Of a stretch of 64,000 bases of DNA, positions 38,144-51,769 are shown in pieces; position 1 is the stretch's first letter; every line of letters begins with the position of its first letter. Source of the stretch: Octopus sinensis (Eukaryota); the NCBI RefSeq assembly GCF_006345805.1, contig NC_043003.1:47368001-47432000 (forward strand), given 5' to 3'. Below the pieces are notes generated by a model. The model was not told the origin of the DNA. It was given only the letters and a program-made list of their open reading frames with translations, and searched no databases. A program made the position numbers and the translations under genes.

Positions 38144-40254
38144 GTAAGTCCAGAAACTTCCTGCACTTAAGTCACAATTCTTGTAACACTTCTTTCTAGT
38201 TCTGCGTCTTATTTTCAGAAACTTCTGTTTTGATTTTCATTCCTTCCCTTTCATATATATATAAAATGTTGCTGTGATCTGATTATGTTGTTGTATGTGT
38301 AGTTATTGTCAAAGTGGTTGTTGTCTCTTGTATAGGACCATGTCTTGACGATGGTGAAAGTAGTTGTGTTTGTGCTTCTTGAAGGCAGTGGTTGGTGTGT
38401 TGCTTGTGATTGCTGGTTGTTGTGTTACTGGTGTTCTCAATGTTTTGTTGTTAGATCTCTTTTTGTTCTCCTCACACAGTTTTATCTTATATATGTACAT
38501 ACACCCGTGCATCATATACTTACATAAACTAACATAAATTACATGTCATATGTATACATACATACATACATACATATATATATGTATAAGCACACACATT
38601 TATATGTTAAATACCTATATATAAATATATCAAATACAGATATAGCTATAAAATTTAGACATGTGTTGAATGCAACACATTGCAAACAAGTTAAATATAT
38701 ACGTATGTGTCTCTCTCTTTAATGTACACACACACATGCTTATGTACTTGTGTGTGGGCTGATTAATAAATGAATGCCAAAAGAACAGGTGTTATGTAAT
38801 CACTTTCATTATCTTACAGCTGTTTTGGCTATAAGGAACTGTGTATCCAGAGTTGAGTATGAGTGTGACACCTTAAAGCTTCTTCAGAACCTTAACATGA
38901 AGTATTGCACTCCTACAGATACACGTCTAATACAATTACTCACACACACATACACACACATATATATATATAAGATTACCTAGTCATACAACACCTCACG
39001 CATGCATGCATACATACATTGATATATATACATACATTTATGTATGTGCGTGTATATATATATATATGTGTATATGCATACATACTCCTGTACATTCATT
39101 CATACTGTGTATAAAAATGAATGGACTCCGTCACTTTGAACACTGGGTATTTCAATGAGTTGTTTGATCAATGAAATTGGCTACTCATTGAATTACAGTA
39201 TTCCACAGACCTGTGTGCCATTAATGTGGCCATTAGGCAGAATGAGTGTAACAAGAGTGCAGCGAGGCTTGGTCTTTGAATTGCGAATGCAGTCTGCCTG
39301 ATGGGGCTTCCAGAGTTTCTGTCTACCCACATTCATTCATGAAACTTCAGTCAACACGAGGCTATAGACAAAAAAAACAAAAAAAAAAAACAAAAAAAAA
39401 GAAAATCACTTGTCCAAAGATGTCACACAATGCGATTGAACCTGGGACCTCATGATTTTGAAGCAAACTTCATAACCACTTGTCCATCCCTATAGTCACA
39501 TACATTGTACATATAAACTCATTCACATACACTCACCACAAGGAAATCATATACTCATATTTAGTGATGAAGACTGTCCATACATACACACGCACACACA
39601 ATATGTTTTATACACACATGAAGAAAAATTACACTCTGTTCCTTCTTTCCCTTCCCTTGTATAATCTTATTTTCCTCTCGGTCCATTGCCACCCTAATAC
39701 ATAGACTAATATTTTATACATTGCCTAATGAGCTAATCTTAATATCATCACCATTGACACCATTATCATCATTTAATTACTAATCTACCTAAGTCAATTT
39801 GTCTTGTTATGTTCCCGTTTTCTCCAATTGTAAAGAAAATGATGTTGCCTGCTGTTGTTTAACATTGGGTAGACCCGACTCACTGGGTAGACCATTACAT
39901 CTAAACTGATCTACCCACGAACATGCTGTTTCTCTTCAGGATATATAGTAACCAGGACAACATTACTCAATATGTCCTTCAATTTTTAAGTCAGTACTGT
40001 ATGATTTGATGATAATTTGGCTGCTATATCTAGCAATTTGGGCTACCATGTAGATGCTCCCTTGTTACTATGTTTTCTTTTAATGTTTTGTGTTTTGTTG
40101 TCCTGCAAGGTAATTGTTGTTGTTGTTGTTTATGTTTGCTGCATTGATCACCACATTATATCACCAGCCACCATCTTAAATAGCAGAGATGACTAACCCA
40201 TCCATAGCTAGATGTATAAATCTTCACAAGCTGATAGATGTTAGGATATATATT

Positions 40255-40447
<193 letters not shown>

Positions 40448-41589
40448 ATTGTCGTTGTTATTATTATTATATAGGAAAATATGTAAAACAATGAATGTAT
40501 ATGTGTTTGTATATATATGTTTATGTGTCTGTGTGCATGTATATATATCTATATATATATATTGATTACACACATACACAAGCACACATATATGCAAAAT
40601 ATAATGGAAAACATTTAAAAAGATCACACACATTTTAAATTTGTTACTCATGTGTGTATTTGTGTACATAAAGGAAGATCTGAATTTTTTTTTTAACATT
40701 CCTTTATCAATAATTTTATTGTTATCACGAATACTACTAATAATCGTTGAAGTCATTTAACTGGTATTATGGCGTGATGATGTAAGATGACTTAGTACTC
40801 CATAATAATTGACTGTATCATGGTGAGCTTTTAATATTCTGCAAGGCTGGCTAGTTAGCTACTTAGCTATCCATCTTGTTGGCAAGATAGCTTGTTGTCT
40901 GTGTGTCTTCTGTATCAGTGATGAAATGTGTAACTATGTCTAGCACATATTTCAAGACAGCCTGTTGCCGTTATTGATATTTTCCTTTGGATATGTGTGT
41001 GCATACATACACTCTCTTATTCTTCTCGGCTAGACATGGATAAAAAAGATATAAGAAATTCTCTATATATGCACATACATATGCATATATTTTGTTGGTG
41101 TTTTTTTTTTTATATATTTCCTGTTCTCCCCTGTGCCATATTGTTGAAGAATAAATCTAAGAGTGTAAACATAGAAATTCTTTGACTATTATCCAAAATA
41201 ATTGATTGCAAATTCCAGATCCAAATCTAAATGTACGACGAGTGAGAGAGAATGTATGTCTATGAGTGAGTGTGTGTGTGTGTGTGTGTGTAGGTGAGTT
41301 AAGAAAAGGCGATATAAGAATTTGTATTTCTTTCTTCTCCATCATAGCATTGCATCTATATTTTGGGGTGTGTTGTTGTTGTTGCTGTCATCGTCGTTGT
41401 TATTGTTGTTGCTGCTGCTGTTGCCAATATTTTGTGCCAATATTTCTGCAGGAGAAGAAACATTGTTGAAGTAACAGGAAGCAATACATCCTCACCAATG
41501 ATAATGATAACATGAAAATCAACATAAATGTTCCTTAACGAAATTAATGATAATAATAATAATAATGCGTTCACATTCATGCACAATAC

Positions 41590-43077
41590 CATCAATTTTA
41601 GTGGGAGGGGTTAGTTGATTACATCAACTCAAGTATTTATCTGGTCCTTTTATTTTATTGATCTTAGAGGGATGAAAGGCACAGCTGGCTGTGGGAGGAT
41701 TTGAACACAGATTGTAAAGAGTCGGAAGGAATACCACAGGACATTTTTTTCGGTGCTCTGATGATTCTGCCAATTCACTTCCGTTGTTTCTAATTTTGGC
41801 ATAAGGCCAGCCATCTTGGAGGAATGGGTTAGCCGATGACATCGACCCAAGTACTCGACTGGTTCTTTATTGATCGTGGAAGGAGGAAAGGTCAAGTTGA
41901 CTTTGGTCGGATTTGAACTCAGAACATAGAGTTGGAACAAATGGTATAAGGCATTTTATCGTAATGGACAAATGATGTTTCTAATAACAATAATAAAATA
42001 AAGACAAACGAAAATCTTGACTCTTTTATAGGTTTTGCCAATTCGTATTGTGAGGTAATTGGTATCATACTCATGATACCTAAACGTGTGTGTGTGTGTG
42101 TCCATGAGTGTATATGGTCCATGAAACAAGCACCAATTAATTACTGGTGTAGGGGAGGTCATAATCAACAATTTGTTTCCTCAAAATGTATGGTCTTGTG
42201 CTTATGTTAGAATTCTTTATACTAGTAGTCTGGTACAAATGAATTTAGAGACCCATTCTTCAGGAACAATCAATGCTAATAACATTAATTGTATCCAATT
42301 TAGGCAAAAGGCCAGAAATTTTGAGGGAAGAGAGTTAGTCTATACTATTGGTCCCAGTACTTGGATGGGACTTTTTATTGACCCTTAGTGGAATGAAAGG
42401 CGAAGTTGACATCAGTAGGGTTTGAACCCAAACCATAAACAGTCTGAAGAAATACCACAAAGCATTTTTTCCAATACTAACGATTCCGTCAATTCATCAT
42501 CCTTGCTAACAATTATAATAATTGTTTCTAATTTTAGCACAAGGCCAGGAATTTTGAGGGGAGTGGGTAAGTTGATTACATTGACTCCAGTACATAACTG
42601 GTGCTATATTTTATTGACCCTGAAAGGATGAAAGGCAAAATTGACCTCAGTGGGATTTGAACTCAGAATGCGAAGTGCTGGAAGAAATGCTGTTAATCAT
42701 TTTGTCTGACATGCTAATGATTCTGCCAGCTCACCTCTTTAATAATAATAATAATCATCCTTTCTACTATTAACACAAGCACAAGACTTGAAATTTTGAT
42801 ATCAGTGTTTAACTGGTGCTTTTTTTTTATTGACACCCCAAATATGAAACCAAAGTCAACTTCAGTGGAAAATCAAATGCCACATAATAATACTATAGGC
42901 ACAAGGCTTGAATTTTTTTAGGGGAGGGGTTAGTCAGTTACATCAACAGGTACTTATTTCATCAACAAAGGCTGACAGGCAGAGTCAACCTCAATGGAAT
43001 TCGAATTCAGAACATAGACAGACGAAATACTGCTAAACACTTGTTTGGCATGCCAACAATTCTGCCAGCTCACTGCC

Positions 43078-43109
<32 letters not shown>

Positions 43110-45159
43110 CCTTTCTTTATTGGCCCCAAGGGCCGACTAGTCGATTACATCGACCCATGTTTCATTGGTACATAATTTATCGACCCCGAAAGGATGAAAA
43201 GCAAAGTCGACCTTGGTGGAATTTGAACTCAGAACATAGTGATGAGTGAAATACCTCTAAGCAATACGTCCAGCGCGCTAACGATTCTGCCAGCTTGCTG
43301 CCTTAATAATAATAACAATAATCCTTTCTATCATAGGCACAAAGCCTGAAATTTGGTGGTGGTGGGGGGGGGGGGGCAATTGATTAGATTTATCCCAGTA
43401 CGCAACTGGTACTTAATTTATCGATCCCAAAAGGATGAAAGGCAAAGTCAACCTTGACGAAATTTGAACTCTGAACATAGCGGCAGACAAAATACCTATT
43501 TCTTTACTACTCACAAGGGGCTAAACACAGAGAGAGGACAAACAAGGACAGACAAACAGATTAAGTCGATTACATCGACCCCAGTGCATAACTGGTACTT
43601 AATTTATCGACCCCGAAAGGATGAAAGGCAAAGTTGACCTCGGCGGAATTTGAACTCAGAACATAACGGCAGACAAAATACGGCTACGCATTTCGCCTGG
43701 CATGCCAGCAATTCTGCCAGCTCACCTTAATAATAATAATAATAATAATAACCATCATCATTTAACATCTGCTTTCCATGCTAGCATGAGTTGGACGATT
43801 TGACTGAGGTCTGGTGAACCAAACTCCAATCTGATCTGGCAGAGTTTCTGCAGCTGGATGCCCTTCCTAAAACCAACCACTCCGAGAGTGTAATAATAAT
43901 AATAATGGTTTTAAGTTTCAGTACACTGCCAGTAATTTGGTGGGTGGGGGTCTAAGCCAATCAAATAGACCCCTGTGCTTAACTGGTACTTATTTTATTG
44001 ACCTCAAAGGGATAAAAGGCAAAGTCAACCTTGGCGGCACTTGAATGCAGAACATAAAGATGGATGAAATGCCGTTAAGCATTTTGCCTGGCATGCTAAT
44101 GATTCTGCCAGCTCACTGCCTTAATAATAATAATAATAATAATAATAATCCTTTCTTTATTGGCCCCAAGGGCCGACTAGTCGATTACATCGACCCATGT
44201 TTCATTGGTACATAATTTATCGACCCCGAAAGGATGAAAAGCAAAGTCGACCTTGGTGGAATTTGAACTCAGAACATAGTGATGAGTGAAATACCTCTAA
44301 GCAATACGTCCAGCGCGCTAACGATTCTGCCAGCTTGCTGCCTTAATAATAATAACAATAATCCTTTCTATCATAGGCACAAAGCCTGAAATTTGGTGGT
44401 GGTGGGGGGGGGGGGGGGGCAATTGATTAGATTTATCCCAGTACGCAACTGGTACTTAATTTATCGATCCCAAAAGGATGAAAGGCAAAGTCAACCTTGA
44501 CGAAATTTGAACTCTGAACATAGCGGCAGACAAAATACCTATTTCTTTACTACTCACAAGGGGCTAAACACAGAGAGAGGACAAACAAGGACAGACAAAC
44601 AGATTAAGTCGATTACATCGACCCCAGTGCATAACTGGTACTTAATTTATCGACCCCGAAAGGATGAAAGGCAAAGTTGACCTCGGCGGAATTTGAACTC
44701 AGAACATAACGGCAGACAAAATACGGCTACGCATTTCGCCTGGCATGCCAGCAATTCTGCCAGCTCACCTTAATATAATAATAATAATAACCATCATCAT
44801 TTAACATCTGCTTTCCATGCTAGCATGAGTTGGACGATTTGACTGAGGTCTGGTGAACCAAACTCCAATCTGATCTGGCAGAGTTTCTGCAGCTGGATGC
44901 CCTTCCTAAAACCAACCACTCCGAGAGTGTAATAATAATAATAATGGTTTTAAGTTTCAGTACACTGCCAGTAATTTGGTGGGTGGGGGTCTAAGCCAAT
45001 CAAATAGACCCCTGTGCTTAACTGGTACTTATTTTATTGACCTCAAAGGGATAAAAGGCAAAGTCAACCTTGGCGGCACTTGAATGCAGAACATAAAGAT
45101 GGATGAAATGCCGTTAAGCATTTTGCCTGGCATGCTAATGATTCTGCCAGCTCACTGCC

Positions 45160-45190
<31 letters not shown>
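41590..45190 (-). mobile_element. Head-to-tail train of ~15 tRNA-derived SINEs separated by (AAT)n tails
   Basis: Repeated AAAGGCAAAGTCGACCTCGGCGGAATTTGAACTCAGAAC...CTGCCAGCTC units, all in one orientation, each joined by (AAT)n. The copy count is by eye. Confidence 0.9.
43060..45190. repeat. Tandem duplication, two ~1040-bp copies
   Basis: CTTTCTTTATTGGCCCCAAG starts at 43111 and 44151. The copies look identical except for poly-G length (13 vs 16) and (AAT)n length. Confidence 0.95.
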
Positions 45191-45195
<5 letters not shown>

Positions 45196-45890
45196 TCTGA
45201 AACTAGATCAGAACACCATTAGTACACTTCATGTACTACATGAGAACAAGTGTTGTAAATATAATTACACATTAACAGAACAGTACAAGACTTGTATTAC
45301 ATGTATAACACAATAGTACCTGCTAGAGACAGTAGCCAAATTTCTCTCAAATCTTAGCATTACTATCTTAAAGAAGGAAGAACTCATTAGGTAATGTAGT
45401 CTTAGTTATATGCTGTCTGAATAATATAAGGGGAGTCACAAGCTGCAATGTCCTTGATCATAAGTCTGCTTCACCAGGACTGGCCTAATGGAACTACACA
45501 TGTACAATTACACCAGTGCAAAACATGAACACCAAGTACATCACAAAAATCAATCAAGGAATCTACAGAAAAGTTAGGCTTTTTATCTCTTCATTATCAT
45601 TGAAATCATTAAATAGTTACCTCATTTTAGCTATAGTGCATTACATAATATTTTTTTAATATTTACTCTGTGTGAATATTTACATGTTTATGAATATTTA
45701 ATTCTTCCAGTTATGTCATTCACCCTTGTGCCCTCCTGTCTACTCCCCAGCCTTATTGTTATGTGCCTGTCCTACACTGTGTCATTGTAAGTCTCCCCTC
45801 CATAAGTGGTCTTTGAATTTTATTGTACCTCATTAAGCCCTTGTAGTTAAAAAAGTTCTTCTAATATATGCACATACATACATATATATA

Positions 45891-46751
45891 CAGTGTGTGA
45901 TCAATAAACTGTCAAAATTACACCAAAATGAAAATAACACTGACATCTCATTTTAACATATACTTACCAAAATTACATAAAATATCTTGAAATACTAAAG
46001 AGTAAATTTATTCAATAAAAGTACCATTGGCTTCAACCACAGCCTCCAGATGACTTTGGAATCTCCTGCAACTCTTCTGGATGGTCTTCTTGTTTAAGTT
46101 GGTGAATACTGCCATAATCCTTGCCTTCAGTTCATCTTTTGTGTTAGAAGGAGTTTTGTTGGTCTCTTACTCAACTACGCCCCACATATAATAATCAAGG
46201 GGATTGCAGTCTGGAGAGTAATTGGCTAGATGTTAGGGGTGATGTGATAGCAGAAATTGTTTGACAGCTGTGACTAGGTTCTCCTGCTTGTGTGTCATGG
46301 GGCAGAGTCTTGTTGCCAGACATAGGGTCTTCCAGCAGCCACTTTCTTTATCCAGGGCAGCACTACCTTCTCCAGGCAATTGTAGGCCTCTATGTTGAGT
46401 CTGAAGCCATGTGGGAAGATGAATGGAGGCATAACTTTGCCATCACTAATGATCATTCCAAACACCATGATGTTGACTGGGTGTTTGATTTTTATCATTC
46501 TCAGTACATGTCCTCAGATTGACACCCAAACACTCTGAAACGTTTGTATTGACACTTCCGGCATGAATGCTAAGCAGTACAGCATGTCTTTTCCAAATTT
46601 CTAGCAGAGTGAATTACGTCATGGTGCAGTTTTCTCACAGATGGTGCCCAACTGACCCTACTATACTGTGTAGTTGACAAAATAAAAAACAAACAATGCA
46701 CATGTGCAAAATTAAAAAATGAAATGGTGACAGTTTACCCATCGCACCCTA
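45891..46751 (-). mobile_element. Tc1/mariner DD37D (maT-like) element, internally deleted, inactive
   Basis: Imperfect ~24-bp TIRs (CAGTGTGTGATCAATAAACTGTCA / TGACAGTTTACCCATCGCACCCTA) with TA flanks. Transposase remnant KHPVNIMVFG..WQQDSAP..SPDCNPLDYY, with 37 residues between D2 and D3 after correcting one frameshift. Confidence 0.88.
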
Positions 46752-46752
46752 T

Positions 46753-46808
<56 letters not shown>

Positions 46809-47571
46809 CATACACACACACACATACATACACTCCTGCGCACACACACATCATCATCATTTAACATCTATCTTCTATGCTGACATAGGAGACTGCAAAT
46901 ACTGTATGTCAGTTTTCCATTTTATGTATATGTGCAAACAAATAGATGTATATATGTATGCACACATACATGTGTGTGTATATCTTCATCATCATCATTT
47001 AACGTCTGTTTTCTATGCTGGCATGGATGGGACGGTTCGACTGGGGTCTGGGAAGCCAGGAGGCTGCACCAGGCTCCAATCTGATCTGGCAGTGTTTCTT
47101 CAGCTGGATGCCTTTCCTAATACCAACCACTCTGAGAGTGTAGTGGGTGCTTTTTACGTGCCACTGGCACAGGAGCCAGAGGAGCTGGCATCAACCACGA
47201 TTGGATGGTGCTTTTTATGTGCCACTGACACGAGGGTCACAACTACAATTTCCATTTGATTCTCATTTGATTTGATTTGATTTTGTTGTAGATGTACTTG
47301 ACTCAATAGCTTTCCTCAAGCACGGCATGTCACCCTATGATCCAAGGTACATTTGAGTGGGCTGGTTATGCGATGCTGGTGTAGGTTACAGCTGTGAGCT
47401 CACTTTATTTGCCGGGTCTTCTTAGTCGCACAAGCATGACTGTGTGGTAGTGAACTTGCTTCCCAACAACATGGTTTCAGGTTCAGTCCTTAGGCAAGTG
47501 TCTTCTACTATGGCCTCGGGCTAACCAAAGCCTTATGAATGGGATTAAGTAGACGGAAACTGAAAGAAGCC

Positions 47572-47622
<51 letters not shown>

Positions 47623-47631
47623 ATATATATG

Positions 47632-47942
47632 CAGTGGTGGGCTGGGTCTAAAAATATTGGTTGCCAGGAGACTAAGGGGGGCCCACCCGCAACGATAAGG
47701 GGGCCCATCTGCAACTACAATGCTATCTTTTATTTATTTCTTTTTTTGTTAAAAGTATACTTTTCAACTATCTACAGACACAGCCAGGCTGAAATAATTA
47801 CTGCATTCTTCCAGGATTGAATAAAAAAAACTTGAAAGGATGGGCCCCTTAGATACTAACGTGGACCCCTATATATGGATTCTAATGGCGCAAGGTCCCA
47901 CTTGCTATTGGGCAAGCTGTCAACCTGGACAGTCTGCCACTG
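47632..47942. mobile_element. hAT-like MITE inserted in a TA microsatellite
   Basis: TIRs CAGTGGTGGGCTG / CAGTGGCAGACTG. The 8-bp flanks TATATATG and TATGTATG differ by one mismatch. Internal GGGGCCC motifs. Confidence 0.7.
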
Positions 47943-49181
47943 TATGTATGTGTATGTTTTTATGTGTCTGTGTCTTTGTCTCTAAACCGTCACTTGACAA
48001 CCAATGTTCAGCAAAAGAGACCGATAGAATAAGTACTAGGCTTACAAAGAATAAGGCCAGGGGCTAATTTCTTCGAATAAAAAGCCCTTTAAAGATGGTA
48101 CTCCAGCATGGCCGCAATCAAATGTCTGAAATAAGTAAAAGAATATAAGTATATATATATATGGTATAGAGTCAACAGATGAGACCCAAAGATGCTCAGC
48201 ATAGAAAACACTTATTAATGCTCAAATGATTTTAACTTAGACTTTAAATCTTTATGAAGGTCTAATCCTGCAAGGGTAAAAGAGTGGCTATAAGAGGAAT
48301 CCAGGTGAGCAGAGATGGAAATAACGATGCAAATAAACAAATGAAGCCACATGGGTTAGATATATATAAAATATATACATATATACATGTAAATAGAGAG
48401 AGACAAAGAATGAAGGTATTCAGACAACAAGTAGATATTCATATGTTAATGGAACAGATTTACACAGATTTCTGTGACTTTGTACTCCAGATCTGCTCTG
48501 TTAAGTTATAAATATCTATATATTTATACAAGAATGCCCATTGTCTGAAGATATTCACTCTTTGTTTCACTCTTTGTTTGACAACCGATGCTGGTGTGTT
48601 TATGTCCCTGTTACTTAGTGGTTCAGCAAAAGAGACCGATAGAATAAGTACTGGGCTTACAAAAAGAATAAGTCCCGGGGTCGAGTTGCTCGATTAAAGG
48701 CGGTGCTCCAGCATGGCCGCAGTCAAATGACTGAAACAAGTAAAAAGAGAAAAAGAGATATACGCACACATACATACATATATGTATGTATATATGCATA
48801 CATTTATATGTATATGTATACACACATACATTTATGTCTATATATGTATACACGCATACATTTATGTCTCTGTATGTGTATGCATATATATGTATGTATA
48901 CATACATAGATTTATGTGTGTGCGTAGGTGCAGGCGCGGCTGTACGGTAAGATGTTTGCTTCCCAACCACATGGTTCTGGATTCAGTCCAACTGCATAGT
49001 ACCTTGGATAGAAGTAGAAACATCTATTATAACCTCAGGCCAACCAAAGCCTTGTGAGTGGATTTGGTAGAAAGTTGAATGAAACCTATATATATATATA
49101 TATATATATACCGGAGTAAACACATAAATGTGAAACAAGGTGGAAAAAAGAGTACTCAAATACCAGTGGTAGAGTAATATG

Positions 49182-49243
49182 CTTTATTTTAAGCAGCAGA
49201 AAATTCAACAAATTTGTTGAATTTTCTGCTGCTTAAAATAAAG
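49182..49243. repeat. Perfect 62-bp palindrome with no spacer
   Basis: CTTTATTTTAAGCAGCAGAAAATTCAACAAA|TTTGTTGAATTTTCTGCTGCTTAAAATAAAG. Confidence 0.97.
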
Positions 49244-49277
<34 letters not shown>

Positions 49278-49617
49278 TATGAAATAATAATAATAATAAT
49301 AATAATAATAAACGGCTAAATTTAATTAATAATTTTACCAAGTAGTTCGGTACATTAAAATAAGCTTTTTAGGTAAAATCGTACAAATATTCTATAATTA
49401 TAAGCATAATTATAATCAAAGGTCAGCTAATTGCTTCGCCACGAACCATGTGGATTTATTATTTTCTCTTTTTGCCTACGTAAAAAAGTGTGTTACTGTC
49501 TGGGAGATCTTTATGGTAGCAGAAAAGGCATTTTAACTCCTATTTCTAAATTCGATGCATGGCAAAGCAATTAGCTGACCCCTGATTATAATTATGTTTA
49601 TAATTATGGAATATGTG

Positions 49618-49659
<42 letters not shown>

Positions 49660-49703
49660 TATATATATGATATATAAAGCTTAATATGCCCCAATTTAAG
49701 CGA

Positions 49704-49775
49704 GTGCCAGATTGGCATAGTCGTGTAGGCCTGCACCTCTGGAGCTGGCAATCTAGGTTTGAATCCCGCTGGGAC
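49704..49775 (+). other. tRNA-sized, tRNA-like sequence (decayed tRNA or head of a rare SINE)
   Basis: 72 nt; acceptor stem GTGCCAG/CTGGGAC pairs at 6 of 7 positions; A box-like TGGCATAGTCG; B box-like GGTTTGAATCCC. The anticodon and T stems are imperfect. Confidence 0.5.
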
Positions 49776-50113
49776 TGTGAGAAAAAAGAACCCTCACACC
49801 TGGGTCATCCGAGCATTCTCAGGGCTGCAGCACCAGTGCTAGAAACCAGAGAAACCAATACCACCTAAGATGTGCTTAAACAGACAGCAGGTGGACATCT
49901 AGAGTGTCAGGAGTTAAGGGCCGAAACACTTGCCTAAAGGGGGTTTCTCCTCTGAGGACCACCTGCTGTTATGTTCTCCCCGAGTTTCTTTCCACCTATA
50001 TATAAAATTAATATAAACAGCATAAATGTGTGTGTGTGTGTATATATATAATATACATAAAATTAATATGAACAGCACATATATATATATATATATACAT
50101 ATATACATATTAA

Positions 50114-50345
50114 GGCGGTGAGCCGGCAGAAATCGTTAGCGCGCTGGACAAAATGCTTAGTGGTATTTCGTCTATCATTATGTTCTGAGTTCAAATTCCG
50201 CCGAGGTCAACTTTGCCTTTCATCCTTTCGGGGTCGATAAATAAAGTACCAGTTTCGCACTGGGGTCGATGTAATCAACTTAATCACTTTGCCTGTCCTT
50301 GATTGTCCCCTCTATGTTTAGCCCCTTGTGGGTAGTAAAGAAATA
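50114..50345 (+). mobile_element. Near-intact SINE of the train family
   Basis: GGCGGTGAGCCGGCAGAAATCGTTAGC...GAGTTCAAATTCCGCCGAGGTC...GGGGTCGATGTAATC, with CpGs largely retained. Confidence 0.88.
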
Positions 50346-50615
50346 TATATATATATATTGAAAGAAATGAAAATACATATAAAATTAATATGAACAGCAT
50401 ATATATATATATACATATAAATACATATGTATATATATATACATACACACACACACATATATATATACACACATATACATATATATATATACATATACAC
50501 ACATAAATATATATATATATACATATACACACATAAATATATATATATATATATATATACATATACACACATAAATATATATATATATATATATATATAG
50601 ATAGATAGATAGATG
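50340..50615. repeat. Compound TA/CA/TAGA microsatellite
   Basis: Directly visible; source of several spurious YIYI ORFs. Confidence 0.9.
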
Positions 50616-51769
50616 TATAATCTCATCATCGTTTAATGTTCACTTTTACATTCTTACATGGGTCATATAGAATTTTGATGAGACAGATTTTCTACTTCCT
50701 GTCACCAACCCTCACCTGTTTTCAAGCGAGGCAATATTTTCTCATAGCTAGACATGTTTTTTTTATGAAAGACTGGAAACAAGCAAGCTCACTTGTTTGA
50801 CGGATGCATGACGTGATGTCTAGACAAGGGCTTGCATAAGTATTTACACACACACACACACACACAGCTGAAAATAGAGAGAAGAAAATGCTGGTGATGA
50901 GGTGTCAGGATGTGTTATGGTACAAGAGGGTGAATGTGAGTGGTATGGGGGCGAGGGCAGAAGAACAGGTGATAGTGATAGAGGCTGATGATCAGCTAAG
51001 TTCACAGGAGTGTGAGGTTAGTGATACATGGCTGGAGGTAAGAAATATAGGGATATATATATGATGCAGTGAACAGCAAACAGGGGAGGGGCTAAGGTCA
51101 GGGACAAGGAGGTGATAATTGGCAGTACGAAAAGAAAAAAAAGTGGGGTGGAGAACAGCATTATCACAAAACCCATATAAATGATAAATAGAGATGATGT
51201 GAAATGTGGGTGAGAGGTAGGGGTACTTGGTGACAAGGGTGGAGATCAGAGGTATGTTGGACTCTGTGTGTTTGTGTGTGTGTGTGTATATATATATATA
51301 TGAGAGAGAGAGAATGACAAACAGCAGTGGTGGGGATGTCAGTGGCTGATGTAAGATTGTATTCAATAATGATGTGAGTTGATATTGAGAATGTGAGGAG
51401 GGTATCATGGGGAGGTGGCTCGAAGGAGAGGGGAAACTGGTAGCACAAAAGTGTGGGGATGAAATATGTGCATCTCTGTTCTCATGTAATTATAATTACA
51501 GCAGATAAGGAAGTGCTGTAGTTAGAAGGGTGACGGAGGAATGTGTATTGGGAAGATGGGTTGTGGAGATGGCTTGAATGATGATGATGATTTACACCTT
51601 AGGTGTCACTTTACTCTTTTTGCAACTGCAACAATTTCTTGTAAATACTCCTTGCTGTCTGTTAATAACACTGTATCATTGGTATATCTTATATTATGTT
51701 TGTGCCATTGACTGTGAGACCTTTGATTTCATTTGACTCTCTGAATATATATAAAAAAACAAAAAAGAC

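Noticed and set aside
37895-38170. ORF-track protein MLTAAVAVGLVPAMLAM...
   Set aside because: Wrong frame over the RUFY exon; the conserved motif and phase-1 donor belong to another frame.
38820-38856. Acceptor/donor-bounded AVLAIRNCVSRVE as RUFY exon 2
   Set aside because: No similarity to the expected RUN-domain start (P..ER.NL..KL).
41590-45190. Repeat-spacer appearance suggesting a CRISPR-like array
   Set aside because: The units are ~200-bp eukaryotic SINEs with (AAT)n tails; no cas genes or prokaryotic context.
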